Assembly: GCA_002269645.1 (NCBI GenBank)
Contig: NIVC01000594.1
Span: 248,001-312,000, forward strand
DNA from: Macrostomum lignano
Lineage: Eukaryota
Reading direction: 5' to 3'
DNA: 64,000 nt
The notes under the pieces are model-generated. The model did no database searches. It was not told the DNA's origin and saw only the letters and a list, made by a program, of their open reading frames with translations. The stretch's first letter is position 1. The number at the start of each line of letters is the position of its first letter. Both the position numbers and the translations under genes were made by a program. Positions 25,338 through 38,265 of this stretch are shown here, piece after piece.

Positions 25338-28300
25338 TCAGATATCCGGCAGGTCCACAGAGTTCAGCAATCTACTAACCAAAGTGTCAAAGGTGGCCAG
25401 AGCAGTGTTGAGATGCTGGGTGCTCAGATAGACGCCAGCCCAAGCCGGCCGGGCTGCCTGCTTCAACTTGATCACCCGATTGGCGCAGTCGGTCCGCTGA
25501 GCCGGTGACGCCATCGGCTTGGCCAGCATGTGGTAGCACAGCAAGGCCAGCTCGGCAGTGAAGCCAATCAGCCGCTCCTCCGGCGTGCCTTCGCCAGGCG
25601 ATTTCAAATGCAACTTGGGCACGGGCCTGAGTTCGATCTCCTGATCGGGCAGCAGGCCGCAGAACAACGCCTGGAACGGGCTGGGCTTGTCAGCCTGCGA
25701 CACGGCGCTCTCGGCCGGCTCCAGCTTGGCTAGGGGCTCCGGCAGCCAGCGGGAGGCGGCGCCGGCCACGGCTGACGAGTCATCGGCTGCCCCGTTGTTG
25801 AGCACGGCGGGATTCCAGGCGAGGCCCAGAGTGACAGCGTGCACCGGCAGGCTCGTGAGCAGGTGCGGCCCGATGCCGCCGCCGTCCCAGTCGCAGGAGA
25901 CCACGCCTGATAGGCCGGGCAAGCTGGTGAGGCTCTTGGCCAGGCCTGGTTAGAGGGAACAGAGGAGCACATTATAACACGACGAAGTGTGCATTTAACA
26001 ACATAGTCTATGGCCAAACCGTGGTACGAGTATTAAGTAAACAGAGATATTAATATCGAAACCAAGTATGCGGTCCTAATGACCTATAATATATAGTCAG
26101 CTCACGCGTAGTTCGATCTGATTCACTTCAGTGATTAAAAATGCACTTGTACAGTAAACCGTAGATGTTGTAGATCACTGTAGGCCTGATCTACATTGCC
26201 AGTAGTGTTGGTCAGCGTCGTTGCGGTAGCGATATCAGTTGTTCCACTGTGTTCCGAGACTGGCTCATCACTGTCAATGAATCGACCATCACAACACACG
26301 TTGCTCTTGATTAGGCGGCTCAACAGTGGTCTGTAGGAGTTCACGTCACAACCACGATGCAGTGCACGCTATATTCTTACGTTCTTACACAAATGCGTGC
26401 CGGACAACACCGAGGCTGCAATCTTCTGCCGAGGCGCTGACGGACAGGCGAGTGAGCTTCCAAGATGTCAGCAGTTCGTCTACCTCGGCGGTCTGGTTCC
26501 CGACGTCCGCGAGGATCTGCGGCGTCGCCAAGGACTTGCCTGGGCTGCCTTTCGTTCTATAAGGTCAGTCCTGCAGTCCGAGGCCCTACCGGACCGCCAG
26601 AGGGCGGCGCTGTTCCAGGCGGTGATCGAGACCGTCCTGTTATACAACGCCGAGAGCTGGACGCTGACAGACTCGCTCGAGGCTCAAGTCGACGCGGCGC
26701 ACGCTGGCCTGCTGCGCGCCGTCTTCAAGATCGGCAACGAGCGAGTCACCAACACGGCGCTCTACCATCGCGCCGGCCTGGCCCGTCCTAGCGACCTGCT
26801 GCGCCGTCGGCGACTCCAGCTGGCAGGTCACGCTATCCGCGCCGAGGCCTACTGTCCGGAGCCGGTGCAGGAGGTGCTGCTACTTACGTTGCAGGCACCC
26901 TACCGGCGGGGACAGGCGAGGACTCGGCGCTACGTCGACTGTCTGCTGGCTGACGCCGGCGCCCCGGACTCTGCCGGCGGTGCGGCCTTTGTTCGCGCCC
27001 AAGCTTCGAAGCGCGCCATCTGACGCTGCTTTTGCGAACTGGCAGCGTACTCTGTTGTTGTTGTTACACAAAGCAGGTGTCCAGATATTCCATCTGTAGG
27101 CCTGTAGAGCTGTCGAGATCTTGGACTCAGGGAATGCGTCCGGCTCAACTCAATAAATCATTGATTTGATGCGTGGACATTCCAAGAAATCATTTCATTT
27201 GGAAAGTGCAGCAGCTCTATTAATCCTACAGGGTACTTCGGTACTCCTTATGGAAGTCCGTATTGCTAAAACAAGACGATCTATAGAAACTGTGTTTACC
27301 TGGACACAGGCGAGTCCGTTGCAGACTGTGACAGCCGGTAAACGACAGCCACGCGCCTGTGGCGGGCGCCAGAACGAATTCTGGCAGCGCAGAGTGCAGA
27401 TAGGTTGCCCGGTCCTCGGGCCGGTCTCTGGGCAGGCAGTGATCAATGCAGGTGATTGGCAGTTTCTGCAGCCAGGGCGGCAATGAGAAACCGGACGAGG
27501 CCAAGTAGAGATGCTGCCGGCCGAGGCCCAGCCAGACCGGCGCCTCCTGCTCAGGGCCCTGGGCCAGGTGAGCGGACAGACGGGGGCCCAGGTGCAGCGG
27601 GCAGTTCGGCGGGAAAGCACCTAGCAATACATCTGCCTGGCTTTGCACCTGCGGGAGCGTTGGGGATCGACGTGTTCTGGCGGGATGATGAAGGATTATC
27701 GACATCCTAAATCCACTCAAACCTGAAGGATTATCGACATCCTAAATCCACTTGACACTGAAGGATTATCGACATCCTAAATCCACTTGACACTGAAGGA
27801 TTATCGACATCCTAAATCCACTTGACACTGAAGGATTATCGACATCCTAAATCCACTTGACACTGAAGGATTATCGACATCCTAAATCCACTTGACACTG
27901 AATGGTTATCGACATCCTAAATCCACTCGACACTGAATGGTTATCGACATCCTAAATCCACTCGAAACTGAAGGATTATCGACATCCTAAATTCACTCAA
28001 ACCTGAGGGATTATCGACATCCTAAATCCACTTGACACTGAAGGATTATCGACATCCTAAATCCACTCAAACCTGGAGGATTATCGACATCCTAAATCCA
28101 CTTGACACTGAAGGATTATCGACATCCTAAATCCACTTGACACTGACGGATTAGAGACATCCTAAATCCACTTGACACTGAAGGATTATCGACATTCTAA
28201 ATGGTCTAAGCCATCAGCTCCTTGCTCACCTGAGTCAAATCTGACACTGCAATTCCAATATCAATGGCTAGCACAGGCGTGAGGCAGAGCTCCTGGGCAG

Positions 28301-31300
28301 ACCGAACCACCCTGCGCAGATCCTCCTGCGCGTACGGACAGGCGTGCGCGGTGCTGCCCAACCGAAAGAACAGGTGCAGCTGGTTGGCCCGCATGCAGGC
28401 GGCAGACTCGGCTACGCTAATGAGAGCCTCCGGCCGAGGCAGCAGGCCCGAGGAACAGTCGACAAGAACGCCGCGAACCAGAGTGGTGGGCCAGTCCCAC
28501 ACTCTGATGCCGGGCACCAGGCCCATTGAGATCTCTGCACAGACTGTTAGCAGGGATGACAGCACCTGAGGCGTGAGCGGTTTATTATCAATCAATTGCT
28601 GGTTTGTTGGATTTAAAGGCAAGCCTAGCAGTTTCACATTGTTTAGTATTTGATAGTAAAATCATTTTTGCAGCCCAATAATTGCAAACTGATGGCCTCA
28701 AAATCTCACCATGTGACAACCTGAAAATCTCACTCTGATAGTCTCAAGATCTCACCCTGACAGTCTCAAGATGCCACCCCTGCAAGTCTCATAACTCGTA
28801 TTCTCACTCTAATGGCCTCAAAAAGATCTCATCCTGACAGTCTTAAAATCTCATCCTGACAGTCTCAAAATCTCACCCTGTGATTGCCTCAAAATCTCAC
28901 CCTGTGATGATCTGAAAATCTTAAAATGGTAGCCTCAAAATCTCACCCGATAGTCTCAAGATGTCACTCCTGAAAGAATCAAAACCTCATCCTGATAGTC
29001 TCAAAATCTTACCCTGTGATGTCCTCAAAATCTCACCCTGTGATGATCTGAAAATCCTAAAATGGTAGCCTCAAAATCTCACCCGATAGTCTCAAGATGT
29101 CACTCCTGAAAGAATCAAAACCTCATCCTGATAGTCTCAAAATCTTACCCTGTGATGTCCTCAAAATCTCACCCTGTGATGATCTGAAAATCCTAAAATG
29201 GTAGCCTCAAAATCTCACCCGATAGTCTCAAGATGTCACTCCTGAAAGAATCAAAACCTCATCCTGATAGTCTCAAAATCTTACCCTGTGATGTCCTCAA
29301 AATCTCACCCTGTGATGATCTGAAAATCTTAAAATGGTAGCCTCAAGATCTCACCCCTGATGGCCTCAAAATCTCACCCTGACAGTCTTAAAACCTTACC
29401 CTGACAGTCTCAAAACCTCCCCCTGTGGTAGCCTCAAAATCTCAGTCTCACAACCTAACTCTGAATAGCTGATATAAAAAATCTCACCCTGATCTCAATT
29501 AAAATCTCACTGATGGTCCTGCAAGAATCGCCAATAAATCTGAGCCTATAAACCCCATAGAAAACCGGTGTCAGCCTCACCGCAGCCCCGTTGAACAGGC
29601 CGCGAGCATCGGCAGCCAGCAGCCTGATGCCGGAGCTGGTGACCTCCAGATAATAGCCCTCAGGCCGGCCCCTGCACACCCGGTGCCCGATCTCAAGCGA
29701 CACTCCCTGCACAGGCTTGGCAACCACCAGGGTCCTGGGGCGGAACTGGGCCAGCCTGCCAGCCAGCCAGTGTAGCGCCGGCTCGCCATCCTGATGATTC
29801 AAAGACAGCACCAGCGGCTGCTGCTGTTGCTGACCAACTGGCAGTCGAAAATGCTGGCCAATAAGCAGCTGAGACTGCTGCGGTCTCGGCCAGAACGCTC
29901 TGTCCAGCACGGAGTCCTTGGCGAAGTCGGACCCGTTCATTGGCCGGGCGCGCGCCTCGTCTGCTGGAACAGCAACCGCCGACGCGGCGGCGGCAGTGGC
30001 GCCAGAGTCGGAACCGTTGGCCACTGATGGCGAGGTTGATGAAGCTGCCGACATTTGAGTTGGCTGCGAGTACAATTGATGCTGAGACTGCTGATGATGC
30101 TGCTGGGATATGAGCTGCATCAGTTGGACAGACTTGTCGCTTAAGCTGCACAGATCAAAGCCGTTCTTGTCCGCATAAGGCCTGAGCGTGTTGGGGAGGC
30201 GGATCACTGCTATTGGGAAACTTATAGGGGAATTCAGTGTGGGATTACCTGTATATTATATTTTATATTAATTCCCTAGCAACAGCTGTTGTTTTGAAGT
30301 TGACAAGCAGAATAATAATATGTAATAAGATTGCAGTTAGTCATGAACATTCCACTGACTCCCTGACGAAACACACGCATGCTGTACGCAAACACGTCGC
30401 TCACGCAGGGTGTACAGCGGCGCTGGCTCCCTAATCGTCAGGCAGTTGTACATGTACACACTGTGTGTTTGAAGCCATCGCGATGAGAGAATTGCATACC
30501 AACACGGAAAGTCTCAAATCAATGTGACTAAAATATAACTAAAAGCAAACTAGTCTACTAACTAGTAGACTCTTTTAGATATTTTGCATTTTTATAATTT
30601 CTCTTAATGTATTTTTGCCGACATGGCAAAAGCTGCTAATCTATAGGAACAAATCTACCTACCTATTTACCTACATAACTACCTACCTACCTACTTACCT
30701 ATATATCTACCCACCCACCTACCTACCAACTTGTCTACCTACCTATTTACCGACCTGCCTACCAACGAACTAACCTTCTTATCTACCAACCTACCTACTT
30801 GCCTATTTACCCGCCTACCTACCCATCTACCCACCTACTAACCAACCTAGCATCGTAAGTACCTACCTACCAACCTTACGTACCTACCAACCCTACCTAC
30901 CTACCAACCCTACCTACCTACCAACCCTACCTACCTACCAACCCTACCTACCTACCAACCCTACCTACCTACCAACCCTACCTACCTACCAACCCTACCT
31001 AACCTACCAACCTACCTAACTACTTACCTACCAAACTACCTACTTACCTATCTACCCGCCTACCTACCGGCTACCTACCTACCTACCTATCAATTTACAT
31101 ATCTACCTACCTACCAACCGTACCCACATTACAAAGTGCAGTCGAACACCCAGTCTACTTACTCAGCTTCGAGTTTCTAAAATTAGCAAACCTACAATAC
31201 AAGAACAATTATAGCAAGAGAAGAGAAGAGTGAACGCAACACACACAGAAACACGCGAGCATATTTGCGAATCATGCACACATAGAAAATAAAAAAAATG

Positions 31301-34300
31301 TTCAGGAAACAAGACGAGCGACGCCCAAACAGACCAAATGGGCCTCTCTGAGAAGTGTTTCATTCTCTCTCTCTCAAAGCCGCCCTGTGCCGCAACTGGC
31401 TGACCTCAAACTAGCTGCAACCGTGTGGAACAATGCAATAAATTAACATTTCATACATTATATACTGTACACTTTAACAAGTAAGAGTTATATTTTTTCA
31501 ACTTGGACATTTAGGTTAAATAATATTAATACTATATTATAATGCACAGATAGATCGTCACGTGAGGCAACGCATGAGAGAAAGCGATAACGCTGGGAAT
31601 TTATTTATTTATTTGGTTAACTGTAAGCAAGCGTGAATGGCCTAGACGTGAGATGGCAATAGTGGAAGTGTGAAAGAGAATAGATTCGGCGAGAGGGTGA
31701 TTTGAAAAGGTGCTAATGCTGAAATAGGAATATATTGGGGTGAACGTGAATAGATCAGGTGTGAACATGAATAGATCAGGTGTGAACGTGAATAGATCAG
31801 ATGTGAACGTGAATAGATCAGTTGTGAATGTGAATCAGGTGTGAGATCAGGTGTGAACATGAATAGATCAGTTGTGAACGTGAATAGATCAGATGTGAAC
31901 GTGAATAGATCAGTTGTGAATGTGAATAGATCAGGTGTGAACGTAAATAGATCAGGTGTGAACGTGAATAGATCAGTTGTGAACGTGAATAGATCAGTTG
32001 TGAACGTGAATAGATCAGTTGTGAATGTGAATATATCAGGTGTGAACGTGAATAGATTAGTTGTGAACGTGAATAGATCAAGTGAACGTGAATAGATCAG
32101 GTGTGAACGTGAATAGATCAGGTGTGAACGTGAATAGATCAGGTGTAAATGTGAATAGATTATGTGTGACGTGAATAGATTGTGTGAACGTGAATAGATT
32201 AGGTGAACGTGAACAAGGCTCAAGATTTCAACAGACAACAGCACAGCAATTATAATGACTCACCCCTGTTTCACATAGACTGAAGGATTAGCGCCGTATT
32301 GAATGAGCAGTCGGACCAGCTCCAGGTCAGCTTTAATCAAGCACAGATGCAAAGGAGTCACGCCATCCCTATTGGCTACGTTAGGATTAGCACTCCGTTC
32401 TAGAAGCAGTCTGACGCAGGCTGGCTGGGCAAAATGGAAGGCCCAGTGCAGAAGGGTGTTCTGCTGACTGTCAGTGCGATCCAGACTGTTCACGGAGATG
32501 CCAATCTGCAGCATGCGAACCAGGCCCTCCGTGCTGCCATTTGGGGGGGGGGGGTTATGATTTTATTCATTAACGAAGCAAATGCATGGCCTCTGCAACA
32601 TCGAATGTACATGGCTCTAACAGCGTTCTTACATCCTTAGGGACACTGCAAGCATTTTAGCGAGATGTCAACGACGTTAGCAACACCACAATAACCTTGG
32701 CGACCCCATAATGACCTTGGTGACACCACAATGGCCTTGGTGACACCCCAATGGCCTTGGTGACACCCAAATGACCTTGGCGACACCCCAATGACCTAGG
32801 CGAAACCACAATGACCTGGGCAACATCCCAATGACCTTGGTAACACTCTAATGACCTTGGCGACACCTAAATGACCTTGGCGACACCCCAATGACCTTGG
32901 CGAAACCACAATGACCTGGGTAACATCCCAATGACCTTGGTAACACTCTAATGACCTTGGCGACACTCTAATGACCTTGGCGACACTCAAATGACCTTGG
33001 CGAAACCACAATGACCTGGGCAACATCCCAATGACCTTGGTAACACTCTAATGACCTTGGCGACACTCAAATGACCTTGGCGACACCCCAATGACCTTGG
33101 CGAAACCACAATGACCTTGGTGACACCCTAACGACTTTGGCGACACCACAGTGGCCTTGGTGACACCCCAACGACTTTGGCGACACCACAGTGGCCTTGG
33201 CGACACCCCAATGACCTTGGCGACACTCCAATGACCTTGGCGACATCTCAGTGACCTTGGTAACACTACAATGGCCTTGGCGACACTCAAATGACCTTGG
33301 CGAAACCACAATGACCTGGGCAACATCTCAGTGACCTTGGTGACACTACAATGGCCTTGGCGACACCCCAATGGCCTTGGCGACACCCTAATGACCTTGG
33401 CGACAACCCAATAATGACCTTAGCGACACCTCAATGACCTTGTAAAAACTGCAATAACCTTGGAGACACCACAATGACCTTAGCGACATCCCAAGGACCT
33501 TGACGACACCCCAATAATGACCTTGGCAAAACTCCAAATGACCTTGGCGACACCCCAATGACCTCTAGCGCCATTCCAATGATCTTAGCAACGCCTTAAT
33601 GACTTGAAGCAAGACCAAGTGTGACCTTAACGATAGTAATATTGTTTAAGAGACAACTTAACAAAAAAAGCAATCCTTTAAAAATGTAATGTCAAAAAAC
33701 GCTTGACTCAGTTTTTTAGTCCTAATCAGAGCACTAATTAGCAAGAGAAGACCAAACCTAAAGGCTACGGCTATTTTGTTACAGAATTAACAGTGTGTGC
33801 GTTTATCTGCGGAATTAAAAAACTCATTAATTTCTTCCTGCACAAAAAAATCTTATATACATGAATTCAACCGTGCATATAAGATATGTAAAATCATATT
33901 TGATTAGACCACAAATACAGCATTGCAAGGCATACTTGTACAAATTTAAATGCATTTCATCAAATACACAAGAGACAAACAAGAGAAAGACAAAACACAC
34001 ACAGACAGACAGACTGCTTAACTCACTCAGCCTGAGAAATTAACTGGATGCAGTGCTGCAGGAATACGGCCAAAATATCCGGATGAAAGTTTGCATCCGC
34101 CAATGCGGTCTTCTGCGATTCGTTTAATAACCGCGGATCGATGCCCGTGTTGAGCAGGATGCGGATGCCGTCCAGCATCTTTTGCTGAGGGGTTCAGGAG
34201 TGAATTAGAGGGAAATGTGTCTATCTGTGTGAACTAAGCACTGGACAGCTGTGACCTAAATAGATTTAAGCTAAACACTGGCAAATGGTGACCTAAACAC

Positions 34301-36224
34301 TGGTGGTGGTGACCTAAACCTTGGAATGGGGACCTAAGCATTGGTGGTGGTGACCTAAACCTGGGGATGGTGACCTAAACACTGGTGGTGGTGACCTAAA
34401 CACTGGGGATGGTGACCTAAACACTGGGGATGGTGACCTAAACACTGGGGATGGTGACCTAAACACTGGGGATGGTGACCTAAACACTGGGGATGGTGAC
34501 CTAAACACTGGGGATGGTGACCTAAACACTTGGGGATGGTGACCTAAACACTGGGGATGGTGACCTAATCACTGGGGATGGTGACCTAAACACTTGGGGA
34601 TGGTGACCTAAACACTGGGGATGGTTACCTAAACAAAACCGATTGAGTGAACTAAAGTACCAAGCAATCGCCTCAATAAAACACTGATCATTTCAGTTTT
34701 CTAGAATATTTGGTTAGAACAAAACATCAGGTAATAAATTACCTGACAGGCGATATGCAGAAGCGAGCCCTCATTAGTTGTGTACTGCATCAGCTTTTGC
34801 AGTTTCTCTTGGTCGGCGCTTTCAACTGAAACGAGTCATTTGAAAACAGCAATAAAAATAAATAAGATTATTGATTTGGCAGTTTAAATCTATACGATTT
34901 GTCTAATTAAAGTGTGTCTTTCTCAGAGAACTCTTAAGCGCGCCACGCCCAAAAATGATTAATTCAGCCTAAGAGCTTTTGAATGCCTTCATTTCAATTT
35001 TCTTACATATTATCCTGCAGGCTTTCAATGCGAAAATAATCAATAATTTAATTTATACCCTTGACTCTACTTCTCTTCCTCACCCCATTCTCTACTTCTC
35101 CCTCGCCCTCACTACCTCTCTCCCTCTGCCAGATTCATGCATAAAAACTAACAATAATAATCGTATCACTTTCTATTTTCTGTGTATTTTGCGAGCTCTG
35201 GCCCCCAATTGCGCCGTTTTAATGTTATGTGTGTTGTGTACGACCTATTTAGAGCGCTTCGTATAATGGTTGCACGATCGATATTTTAGGCCTCTCCGTG
35301 CGCGTGGAGTACGAAGGTCCAGTTTTATTACTTTTAAATATGGCCTGTCCCACGCCTCGGTCAACTTCCCTCTTATCTCTCTTATCAGACTGTTTACAGC
35401 CGTTTAAAACTTTCACTATCCGCCTGTTGCTAAATATAGCTTGTCAAGTTTTAGTTCGTTCTATCAAACAATTGAACATCATTACCTTCTACATCTCCCT
35501 CTCTCCCTCCCTTCCTCACCCTCTCTACCTATCTCCCTCACCCTCTCTACCTCTCTCCCTCACCCTCTCTACCTCTCTCCCTCTCTCCCTCACACTCTCT
35601 ACCTCTCTACCTCTCTCCCTCACCCTCTCTACCTCTCTACCTCTCTCCCTCGACCCTCACCCTCTCTACCTCTCTCCCTCACCCTCTCTACCTCTCAACC
35701 TCTCTACCTCTCTCCCTCACCCGCTCTACCTCTCTACCTCTCTCCCTCACCCTCTCTACATCTCTACCTCTCTCCCTCACCCTCTCTACCTCTCTCCCTC
35801 ACCCTCTCTACCTCTCTCCCTCACCCTCTCTACCTCTCTCCCTCACCCTCTCTACCTCTCCCTCTCTACCTCTCTCCCTCACCCTCTCTCCCTCACCCTC
35901 TCTACCTCTCCCTCTCTACCTCTCTCCCTCACCCTCTCTACCTCTCCCTCTCTACCTCTCTCCCTCACCCTCTCTACCTCTCTTCCTCACCTTCTCTACC
36001 TCTCTCCCTCACTACCTCTCTCCCTCACTACCTCTCTCCCTCACTACCTCTACCTCTCTCCCTCTCCCTCACCCTCTCTATCCTCTTCCTCACCCTTTCT
36101 ACCCCTCCGTGGCCCTCCACCCAGCCCTCTTACCAGTAGACAGCATGACTCGCAGAATATCTGATCGACATTCTACAATGCATTTCTTCATCTGCAGGAA
36201 CAAAGACTCCAAACTGGAATCCAT
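25338..36224 (-). CDS. Ankyrin-repeat plus GH20 (beta-N-acetylhexosaminidase-like) fusion protein, about 849 aa, probably catalytically dead. Exons 36134..36224, 34743..34825, 34027..34184, 32264..32533, 31163..31191, 29581..30206, 28230..28565, 27300..27648, 25338..25945
   Basis: Nine exons join in phase through GT-AG sites to 2550 nt with no internal stop. Ankyrin motifs: GSLLHIACQ, NTLLHWAFHF...LLERSANPN, DGVTPLHLC...LIQYGANPS. GH20 domain-2 motif EGYYLEVTSSGIRLLAADARGLFNGA; barrel start DWP..RGVLVDCS..NQLHL; late motif CDW.GG.......S.P......LAWN. The 29-nt exon is supported only by splice signals and phase. Confidence 0.82.
26345..27065 (+). mobile_element. 5'-truncated RTE-like non-LTR retrotransposon fragment, antisense in the last ANK-GH20 intron
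   Basis: ORF 26397..27023 has FVYLGG, LLYNAESWTLT, RRRRLQLAGHAIR and RRGQARTRRYVD, typical of the RT thumb/C-terminal region of RTE-type LINEs. It ends in a (TGT)n tail at 27053-27065. Confidence 0.85.
27689..28202. repeat. 35-bp minisatellite (tgaaggattatcgacatcctaaatccacttgacac), intronic
   Basis: Head-to-tail units with no spacers. Confidence 0.96.
28700..29450. repeat. Degenerate aaaatctcaccctg-based repeat with an about 110-bp higher-order period, intronic
   Basis: A block from about 28900-29340 repeats at about 110-bp spacing. Confidence 0.88.
30655..31125. repeat. (CCTA)n / cctacctaccaac microsatellite, intronic
   Basis: Direct inspection. Confidence 0.93.
31740..32215. repeat. 21-bp minisatellite (gtgaacgtgaatagatcag(g/t)t), intronic
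   Basis: Direct inspection. Confidence 0.95.
32690..33600. repeat. 20-bp minisatellite (atgaccttggcgacacccca), intronic
   Basis: Direct inspection. Confidence 0.95.
34283..34635. repeat. 21-bp minisatellite (ggtgacctaaacactggggat), intronic
   Basis: Direct inspection. Confidence 0.95.
35485..36110. repeat. CT-rich repeat (ctctctacctctctccctcacc), intronic
   Basis: Direct inspection. Confidence 0.94.
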
Positions 36225-37000
36225 AGCGAGTCTCTGTACCTTTTTGGACGGCCGTCAGTAGTTGAAAAATGAATTTAATTGTAGACAGGTGATAAGCAAA
36301 GCTGCAATGTAAGACAGCAGAGTATTTTTAATTAGAGGCAGGGGACTGTACTTTCCTCAGGAGTGTACAGCGGCCCTAACTTTATCTATCGTTAGGCATG
36401 TACACTTCACTGTGCCTTGGGGGTTGGCCCTCAAGGGCGTAAATTGCACGAGCAGAGCCAAGCAGAGATTCCAATTTAGCCCCAATTTAATGCGACTGCA
36501 CTTGGAATCGAGCTTAGGCCGCTGGCACATCAGAGCGCCGCGCCGGACCCACTGGGCTTAGTGGGCTACGCCCCCTCAGTATTGTTTTTACAAAAGCTAT
36601 TTCACAAGGACTCGTAATACCTGAAGCATTGGGGCATTAACATAGTGAAAGAAATGACAACAAAGACCAACACAGTTGCAAACAACTCGGCCGGCAAGAC
36701 ACGAGCAGCAGAAAAAAAACGTTTCTTCAAGTTCTTCTGCATAAGCAATTGTATAATTGTTAGTTTCTTTTAAAAAATAAATTACCGCAAATGAGCAATC
36801 GAAAACAGAACGCTGAATTATTATTTAACATGAACAGATCATGTAAATAAGCTGGTTGTTGACAAAGGGCAGAGGAACATGCGAATGCAATAATTGTTGG
36901 AATTAAACCTGGGCCTGGATACTGCGCACTCAGTTATGTAAATATATATAAAAAGCTACTCAGAAGACATGAAAAAACAATAAATTATACAAATAAAAAT

Positions 37001-38265
37001 TTATAAATAATTTTTTTTCGTTTCAACCAGCAAAAACTTGGCGGGAAAATCAGCTGCAGGGAAAATATGCAAATGTTAACTTGTAAGATAAATAAAATAG
37101 AAATAATTATTTTAAACATGCCAGTCTGTTGGATAAAAAACTGCTTTTTTGTGTCCCATGCATGCCAAACCAAATAATAACTATGACGAATTTTATTGAT
37201 TAACAGGAAAACTGCAAGTTAGTCAGGTCTGACTGACAACACCTAGGCTGGCCCAGCAACTGGGGATCTGGGAGGCTGGCCCAGCAACTGAGGATCTGAA
37301 AGGCTGGCCCAGCAACTGAGGATCTGAAAGGCTGGCCCAGCAACTGAGGATCTGAGGCTGGCTGCCCAGCAACTGAGGATCTGGGAGGCTGGCCCAGCAA
37401 CTGAGGATCTGAAAGGCTGGCCCAGCAACTGAGGATCTGAAAGGCTGGCCCAGCAACTGAGGATCTGAAAGGCTGGCCCAGCAACTGAGGATCTGAGGCT
37501 GGCTGCCCAGCAACTGAGGATCTGGGAGGCTGGCCCAGCAACTGAGGATCTGAAAGGCTGGCCCAGCAACTGAGGATCTGGAAGGCTGGCCCAGCAACTG
37601 AGGATCTGGGAGGCTGGCCCAGCAACTGAGGATCTGGGAGGCTGGAGCAGCAACTGACGATCTGGGAGGCTGGCCCAGCAACTGATGATCTGAAAGGCTG
37701 GCCCAGCAACTGAGGATCTGGGATGCTGGGCCAGCAACTGAGGATCTGGGAGGCTGGGCCAGCAACTGAGGATCTGAGAGGCTGGCCCAGCAACTGAGGA
37801 TCTGGGAGGCTGGCCCAGCAACTGAGGATCTGGGAGGCTGGCCCAGCTCCTGAGGATCTGGGAGGCCGGTTGGCCCAGCAACTGAGGATCTGGGAGGCTG
37901 GCCCAGCTCCTGAGGATCTGGGAGGCCGGTTGGCCCAGCAACTGAGGATCTGAGAGGCTGGCCCAGCAACTGAGGATCTGGGAGGCCGGTTGGCCCAGCA
38001 ACTGAGGATCTGGGAGGCCGGTTGGCCCAGCAACTGAGGATCTGAGAGGCTGGCCCAGCAACTGAGGATCTGGGAGGCCGGTTGGCCCAGCAACTGAGGA
38101 TCTGGGAGGGCAGCAGCCAGTACTTGACATTACCTGCAGTGCTAATTGTGCCTAAAAAACGAAAGCATCAAAAATCGGTCAAAAAATCAGCTGCAATGAA
38201 CGGGACTGCAAGGAAACTACAGTAAAACGAATGTACTCACAGGAAAATGAGCCATTTGTTAACAT
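37001..38265 (-). CDS. Candidate 31-aa small ORF in three tiny exons (38241..38265, 38134..38151, 37001..37053): MLTNGSFSCTISTAADFPAKFLLVETKKNYL
   Basis: Strong acceptors (ttttaccAG, gttttttAG, attttccctgcAG) and donors (GTGAGT, GTAATG) join in one open frame. No homology evidence. Confidence 0.35.
37245..38110. repeat. About 28-bp minisatellite (ggctggcccagcaactgaggatctggga)
   Basis: Direct inspection; source of the ORFs at 37200-38130. Confidence 0.96.

Noticed and set aside
24528-25508. NPNPKS-repeat (circumsporozoite-like) ORF, and the repeat as a telomere
   Set aside because: It is a 30-bp minisatellite artefact overlapping the ANK-GH20 last exon antisense; the unit is not TTAGGG and is interstitial.
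27689-28202. 35-bp direct repeats as a CRISPR array
   Set aside because: Units are head-to-tail with no unique spacers, there are no cas genes, and the context is a eukaryotic intron.
30358-30375. CTGACGAAAC as a hammerhead core
   Set aside because: There is no stem II between CUGACGA and GAAA.
37200-38130. Three 250-300 aa repetitive ORFs
   Set aside because: A 28-bp unit cycles through the frames; there is no coding signal.
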